From NCBI GenBank assembly GCA_002269645.1, contig NIVC01000352.1, positions 434,001 through 498,000 on the forward strand: DNA of 64,000 nt, read 5' to 3'. Positions within the stretch are counted from its first letter, which is position 1, and the number at the start of each line of letters is the position of its first letter. The position numbers and the translations under genes were made by a program. The DNA is from Macrostomum lignano (Eukaryota). The notes beneath the pieces were generated by a model that was given only the letters and a program-made list of their open reading frames with translations, was not told the DNA's origin and ran no database searches. Positions 34,401 to 64,000 of the stretch are shown here, piece after piece.

Positions 34401-35306
34401 AGGTCACTGATGCTCCAGAATCCACCATCATAGCAACGTCCTTATCGTTCAGTTTTACATTGATCCAGACGCTTGATCTGTCCCGGTCATCGCATAGGCT
34501 AAAAAGCTCATTGTCCTTGGCTGGTTTATCCTCCTCCTCGATTCCTGCACACTCTCGCATTGATGGCTTTCCTTTGATGGAGCCGGATGCCATCCTTCCA
34601 TGTGAGCTAGCTGGCTTGTTAAGCTTACATGCAGCTTCAAAATGGTTCATTTTCTTACATTTTCGACATTTTGCTCCAAACGCGGGGCATGCCTTTGGCG
34701 GGTGCCTTTTCATACAGAAATTGCAAGCCTAGCTGAATGTGCGTCCCTGAGCTTGGGCCCTGTTTTGTTGTTGTACTCTGCCCTTGGTCGCACTGACTGT
34801 TTCCACCTTTCCATTAGCGCTTAAGGCACTCTTGCTTACTTGCTCTTGCGCCGTGGCAGTCTCCACCGCCAGCTCCAGGGTCAGCGGGTCTTTGATAAGC
34901 AGCTCTTTCACCACCGACTCACTGCGCAGTCCTGCTACGAATCTGTCTCTCAAAGCTTCCTGTAGGAAATCTCCGAATTGACATCGGTCAGCTTGAGCAC
35001 GTAACCTGTTCTCAAAATCTGCCGCTGATTCGTATTCATCTTGCTTCAGTAAGTTAAACTTGTAGCGCTCAGCTACAACCAGTTTCTTCTGCGGCACGAC
35101 ATGCTTCTCAATTTCATCCTTCAATTCCTTGAAGTTTTTGTTCTCTGGCTTCGCCGGAGCGACCAGGTTCCGCAGCTTGTCGTAGGCAGTTTCCCCCATG
35201 AGACTTATGAAGAAGTCGGTCTTGGGCGAAAACCCTTCCTCCTTCTCATCCTTCACGCCGGATCTCCTGCAGACGCGTAGGAGGCAGTCCACGTATCGAC
35301 GGGTTT
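31482..35306 (-). mobile_element. Degraded Ty3/gypsy (Mag-like) retrotransposon lacking its 5' LTR
   Basis: gag (DRFVAGL; CRKCKKMNHFEAAC), protease VDSGAS, RT (YRVLPCGLSSAP, FIDD), RNase H and integrase fragments with many stops. PPT at ~31690-31702 and probable 3' LTR at ~31482-31688. Confidence 0.88.
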
Positions 35307-38280
35307 TGGCCTGACCCCGCCTGAGTGGGCCCTGCAAGGTAAGCAGCAGGACGTCCTGAGCAGGTTGGGGGCAGTTGCCCTTGGCCCGAATCACGTGGCC
35401 CGCCAGTTGAAGTCACCGCCGGCGCAGGATGATAGACGGGCGCTGCAGCTTGGCCCGATCGTACAGGGCCTCGGTCCCAACGCTCTCGTCAGCTCGAAAG
35501 GCCGCACGGAGCAGCCCTGAGTGCGCCGAGTCCAACTGCCGCTCCAGCGTGGCCCTCAGCATCCACGTCTCGGCGTTAAAGAGCAGGACGGTTTCGACCA
35601 CCGCCTGCCACAGCCGAGCCCTCTGGCGGTCGGGCAGCGCTTCGGACTGGACGGCGGCCCGGATTGAACGGAAGGCCGCCCAGGCAAGTCCCCTCCAGGC
35701 CGCCAGAGGTCTTCTTCCACGTGAGGCACCAGACCGCCAAGGTAGGTGAACCGCTGGCAGCGTGCGAGCCTGGTCGTCTGCCCGTTTGCGCCGCGGCACA
35801 TCAGGTCCGCTGGGATGTCGGCCGGCACAGTCAGCACCTCGGTCTTCAGCGTGTTGACAACCAGACCGACGCTCGATACCACCTTGACCAGCCTGTCAAT
35901 CTGGCGCTGGGCGCCTTCAACGGACGAGGATAGGAGGGCGAGGTCGTCGGCGTGGCCAAGCACGCTCAGACGCTTTTCGCCGTAGCGCGACCGATACGTC
36001 TGCGCAGCAGGAAGCCGTCGTCAGCCGAGGGGAGTGTGGTCTGAAGCACCCAGTCCAGCAGCAGCACGAAGAGGAAGAGAAAGTGTCGAACAGGTCAGAC
36101 AAGCCGTCCGCCGTCACCACAGCAGCTCGAGTGTCGTAATACAGCGCCATGACAGAGTCGATTAGCTGCTTGGGTATCCGGTAGGCTCGAAGGACAAAGG
36201 GAAGCATGGCTCTCAACACCGAGTCAAACGCCTTTCGAAAGTCAACGAAGACAATGATCAGCGTAGACTGGCGGATGTGCGCCTCCTCGATGACACGGCG
36301 GAGTGCAAGGATCTGTGTAACTGTACCGCGTTGCGGCCGGAATCCGTTCTGCTCGCACCGCAGGTACGGGTCTAGCACCGACTGCAGACTATCGAGCAGC
36401 AGCCGGTTGAAGAGCTTCGCGGTGCAGGACATCAGCGCGATCCCGCGGTGGTCTTCTTTCCGCGTTGTCCCTGCCTTCTTCGGGATCGGCACGATGTGCG
36501 CAACGGTCCACTCGGTGGGCGCGGGGGCGCCGACGAGCACGCGGTTCATGACGCGACACAGCAGAGCCGCAGCGCTTCGACCGGAACTTCGTCGGGGCCG
36601 AGCGCGTTGCCACCTGATGTGTTCCGAGCGAACAGCACAACGTCCTCCGTGGTGACTGGAGTGGTGCAAAAATCCTCAGCTGGGAGCGGCGTGTCCAATG
36701 GGAGCGCAAAACTGGTAGGCAGCGGGGAAGCGGGCGTGTTCACGATGCCGGCGAAGAAGTCGCGCAATTCATTCCTGCGCTCTTCCGTGGTGTCGCCGGC
36801 CAGGTTCAGCGCCACGCGCCTTTTGCGCCCAGTCAGGGTCCGGACGGCCGTCCACACAGCCCTGCTCTTCACGTCGGGGCCGGCTGCAGTGATGAACCGG
36901 ACGGCGTCGTCGACAGCGGCCTGAAGCCGCTCATCTAGGAGGCGCTCAAATGCGTCTTCAGCGTCGCCTGTGGGCCACCGGTTTCTGCGGAGTCGCTCGA
37001 TGTTGAGCCGCGCCTGCCTGATGGTCGGGTCGCTCTGTTAGACATGCAGCGATTTCTGCGCTGGCCGCAACAGCCGGACCGTCTGCTCGACAGCGGCTCT
37101 AATAGCGGTGCTGATGTCGGAATACGTCGCGTCGCGCTGGTCTCCAAGCGCGCCGATGAAGGCGCCCGTGAAATGACGCTTCACGCGGGTATCCGACAGA
37201 GCGCGATAGTAACACCGTGGTCGCTGCTTTGGCGGTCGGTAGAGCTGGTCGTGGAGCCGCAAGTCACAGAGCAGAAGTCAATGGTTTGACCGGAGAGCCA
37301 TAGGAGCCATGATGTCGCAGTTGGTAACGCGGCGGCGCTCGCGAGTGCGAACCAGCGCATGATCGAGTCGCGCCAGTCTTCTCGTGGCGTTCCGGGCGCG
37401 TGCGCTCCGTCGCCTTCTCTTTCAGCCCGCAAAGGTGACTAGGCGGGCAGGGGGGCTTGCAGAACTGGGTGTTCGCGGACACCAGGTCCAGCCGGTCAAG
37501 CAGATCCTCCAGCGCATCGGTGTTGGCGTTCTCGCGTCCTGCTGCGACATAGGGCGAACGCTCGAACCTCCGCGGAACTGCGTTCAGGTCTACGAGCATC
37601 GCCGGCGTGTCGCGGTTTGGCACCTCTTCCATCTGCTTAGCCAGGAAGTCGACGAAGGCACGAGCCTCCTCGGGGTGAGCAGCGGTGGGTGCATACGCGC
37701 AAAACAGCCGGATGCAGCGGGCGCGCAGGCACAGGTCAACCCGCATCAGTCGTGGGGACAGCGAAGCGCTGTGCACGCTCAGCCAAAGGCGCGGTCCGCG
37801 ATCAGCACACCGACAAAGCCCCGGCCGCAGTCGTCTGCCGACGTGTACAGGAGGCTGCAGCCGACTCCGAGATCCTAAGAGAGGAGCCCCGGCTCAGCCA
37901 CGATTAGAAATCTCCTGCAGCATGATGAGGTCCAGCTGTAGGTCGTGGGTCAGCTGGCGAGAGTGATGCGACGTCAGGGGGCCTTCAGAGTTCTGGTACA
38001 GCTGGAGCCAGATGGAGATTTGCGTCGTGGTTCCCGAAGCCACCCGGCGGATCCATAGTTCAAATACCAGGGACTGGGGGCGACAGGCGCCTGCATGGCC
38101 GCGCCATGGAGTCGCCCTCGTCGGTTGCGCTCGCGCCGCCGCTCAGTGCGACGTTGCGCGCTGCGCCGACCTCTGCGAGTCCCTGCTGTGCTGAGCTCTG
38201 CTGCCGCAGCCGAGGCACGGCGTCCAAGCCAACCGACGTCTTGCGCGGTCCGGTGATCTGGCCGCGATACCAGGTGTCAG
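35307..38280 (-). mobile_element. Degraded RTE-type LINE (APE + RT)
   Basis: APE motifs (LQE, YAPT, DLNA, LDHALV); RT motifs (IVPIPKK, YLRCEQNGFRPQRG, FVDFRKAFDSV, HADD); several frameshifts. Ends are approximate. Confidence 0.9.
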
Positions 38281-38584
38281 CACTAATATTTGCACGGGGG
38301 TGCAAAAAATTAATTTTACGTATCCAATAGAGAGTCTTCTTCAAAGATTTCTTTTAATTGTTGATTGCAGAAACGTCCCTGAGACGTAGTACATGTACAT
38401 GCACACCGTATCCAACAATTTATTTATGGTCCTCCAATTGAAGCTCTTTTAATTTAGACTACAAAAATAGAGAATAAATAATGCTTTTATAATTTAGTTC
38501 TAATTGCCTGGGGGTGACGGAGGTCTGCAGTGCAGCGGCCACCAGGCTAAGTGCTTTCTGTTCCATTTACTGCATGGCTCGGGT

Positions 38585-38767
38585 CAGTGGCGTAGGGAGG
38601 GGGGATCAGGGGGGATGTATCCCCCCCGAAGAGCCTGACCAAAACTTTTTTGTTGCACTTTTTCGCTATACATGCTACCATGTGAGCACTTTTACCTTGG
38701 TGTATCCCCCCGTAGGAAATTCACCTTGGTGTATCCCCCCCGTAGGAAATTCCTGGCTACGCCCCTG
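38585..38767. mobile_element. hAT-type MITE (183 bp)
   Basis: TIR cagtggcgtag/ctacgcccctg; perfect 8-bp TSD GCTCGGGT (38577-38584, 38768-38775). Confidence 0.88.
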
Positions 38768-39264
38768 GCTCGGGTACCAATTTGACCACGTAATTCAATG
38801 TTTACAATGCAATGATGAATGTTTTCCTTAAACATTAAACGAAATTAAATAAAGAATAAAATTTTATAATTATTATGTTTAATACTCTGGCGCTAATGTA
38901 CCTAAATTCTATTTTTTAATTCTTGGAAATTGTTTTATCTTGCTTACCTAAAAAGCGATAATCTAAAATGTATCTTTACAAGAAACAATATTGTTTTTTT
39001 AAAGTGAAATCCAATTTAGTAAAGTAGTAAAATTTAATAAAATTTTTTGCGTTTTGTAACTACCAACTGTTTGTATCTCTTTGTCGTACCTTAAACTATG
39101 GGAATCGCCTATTTAAAATTCGAATAAAAAGTTTTAGTGCCATCATTCTTCTATCAAATTCGTCAAATTTCGCTTATATTTAACTCTTTACTCATTTATA
39201 CTGATTACTAAAAACTCACTAGTCTTGCTTTTTATGGGTGTTTGAATTTTGGCGCTAGTAATAA

Positions 39265-63045
<23,781 letters not shown>

Positions 63046-63149
63046 GTAAGCGGAGTGCCTGTGCTTGCGTTCTTTTCAGCAGCTGGCGTGTTGGCAGTGG
63101 AGGCTGGATCGATTTTGGTAGATAAGTAGATTGGCTGGTAAATTGGTAA

Positions 63150-63695
63150 ATAACCAGATTGATTGGTAGAGGGGGAGCAGATTGACTGGTAGAGGGGGAG
63201 CAGATTGACTGGTAGAAGTCAGCAGATTGATTGGTAGAGGGGGAGCAGTTTGATTGGTAGAAGGGGAGCAGATTGATTGGTAGAGGGGGAGCAGATTGAT
63301 TGGTAGAGGGGGGGGGGGGCAGATTGACTGGTAGAAGTCAGCAGATTAATTGGTAGAAGTCAGCAGTTTGCAGTTTGATTGGTAGAAGGGGAGCAGATTG
63401 ATTGGTAGAGGGGGAGCAGATTGATTGGTAGAGGGGGAGCAGATTGATTGGTAGAGGGGGGGCAGATTGACTGGTAGAAGTCAGCAGATTAATTGGTAGA
63501 AGTCAGCAGTTTGCAGTTTGATTGGTAGAAGGGGAGCAGATTGACTGGTAGAAGGGGAGCAGATTGACTGGTAGAAGGGGAGCAGATTGATTGGTAGAAG
63601 TCAGCAGATTAATTGGTAGAAGTCAGCAGTTTGCAGTTTGATTGGTAGAGGGGGAGCAGATTGACTGGTAGAAGTCAGCAGTTTGATTGGTATGT
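63150..63695. repeat. ~21-bp composite minisatellite, NF1 intron 16
   Basis: gagcagattgattggtagaggg units with a gtcagcagtttgca variant. Confidence 0.9.
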
Positions 63696-64000
63696 GGGTT
63701 TTTTATTAGAGTCAGATGGGTTGTGTGCACCCTGGCGCACTTTGAGCCACATTGTCACAACCCACGAGAGGCATTACTGCCCATTCCGCCGACTCCCCTG
63801 AGCAGGCACACAAGCGCGCGGATACGTACGCAGTCATACGCACAGGCACACACTCACACAGGAGTGTACAGCGGCCCTAACTTTATGTATCGTTGGGCAT
63901 GCACACTTCACTGCGCCTTGGGGGTTGGGCCTCAAGGGCTTTAATTGCACGAGCAGAGCCAAGCCGAGATTCCAATTCAGCCCCAAATCAATGCGACTGC

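Overview
Eukaryotic (metazoan) genomic DNA with GC-rich exons, spliceosomal introns and a very high repeat and transposon load. The style resembles a flatworm such as Macrostomum lignano; this is inference, not determined. Genes: a 3-exon SLC16/MCT-like transporter (-) with a poly(Asp-Ala) tail plus a degraded tandem paralog; an intronless divergent TRP-like channel (+); a 3-exon WD40-like protein (-); DLST (-, first exon not located); an intronless 395-aa orphan ORF (-); and the first 16 coding exons of neurofibromin NF1 (+, runs off the window). Mobile DNA: a young full-length Ty3/gypsy element (216-bp LTRs, 2 mismatches, TGTG TSD) with a Foldback/MULE-like element nested in gag; a degraded second gypsy joined to an RTE-type LINE; a tRNA-derived SINE; two hAT-type MITEs; a 767-bp foldback MITE; and a Merlin transposase relic. 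Most introns hold their own minisatellite. Best leads: an in-frame 109-codon candidate cassette exon in NF1; a frame-preserving, possibly spliceable transposon in gag; telomeric repeats replacing a splice acceptor; a 240-bp exon copy between inverted repeats; a pseudoknot ending on the putative LINE start codon; and a dispersed dyad motif TTACG-AG-CGTA. No CRISPR array or prokaryotic system is supported. All alignments were done by eye.
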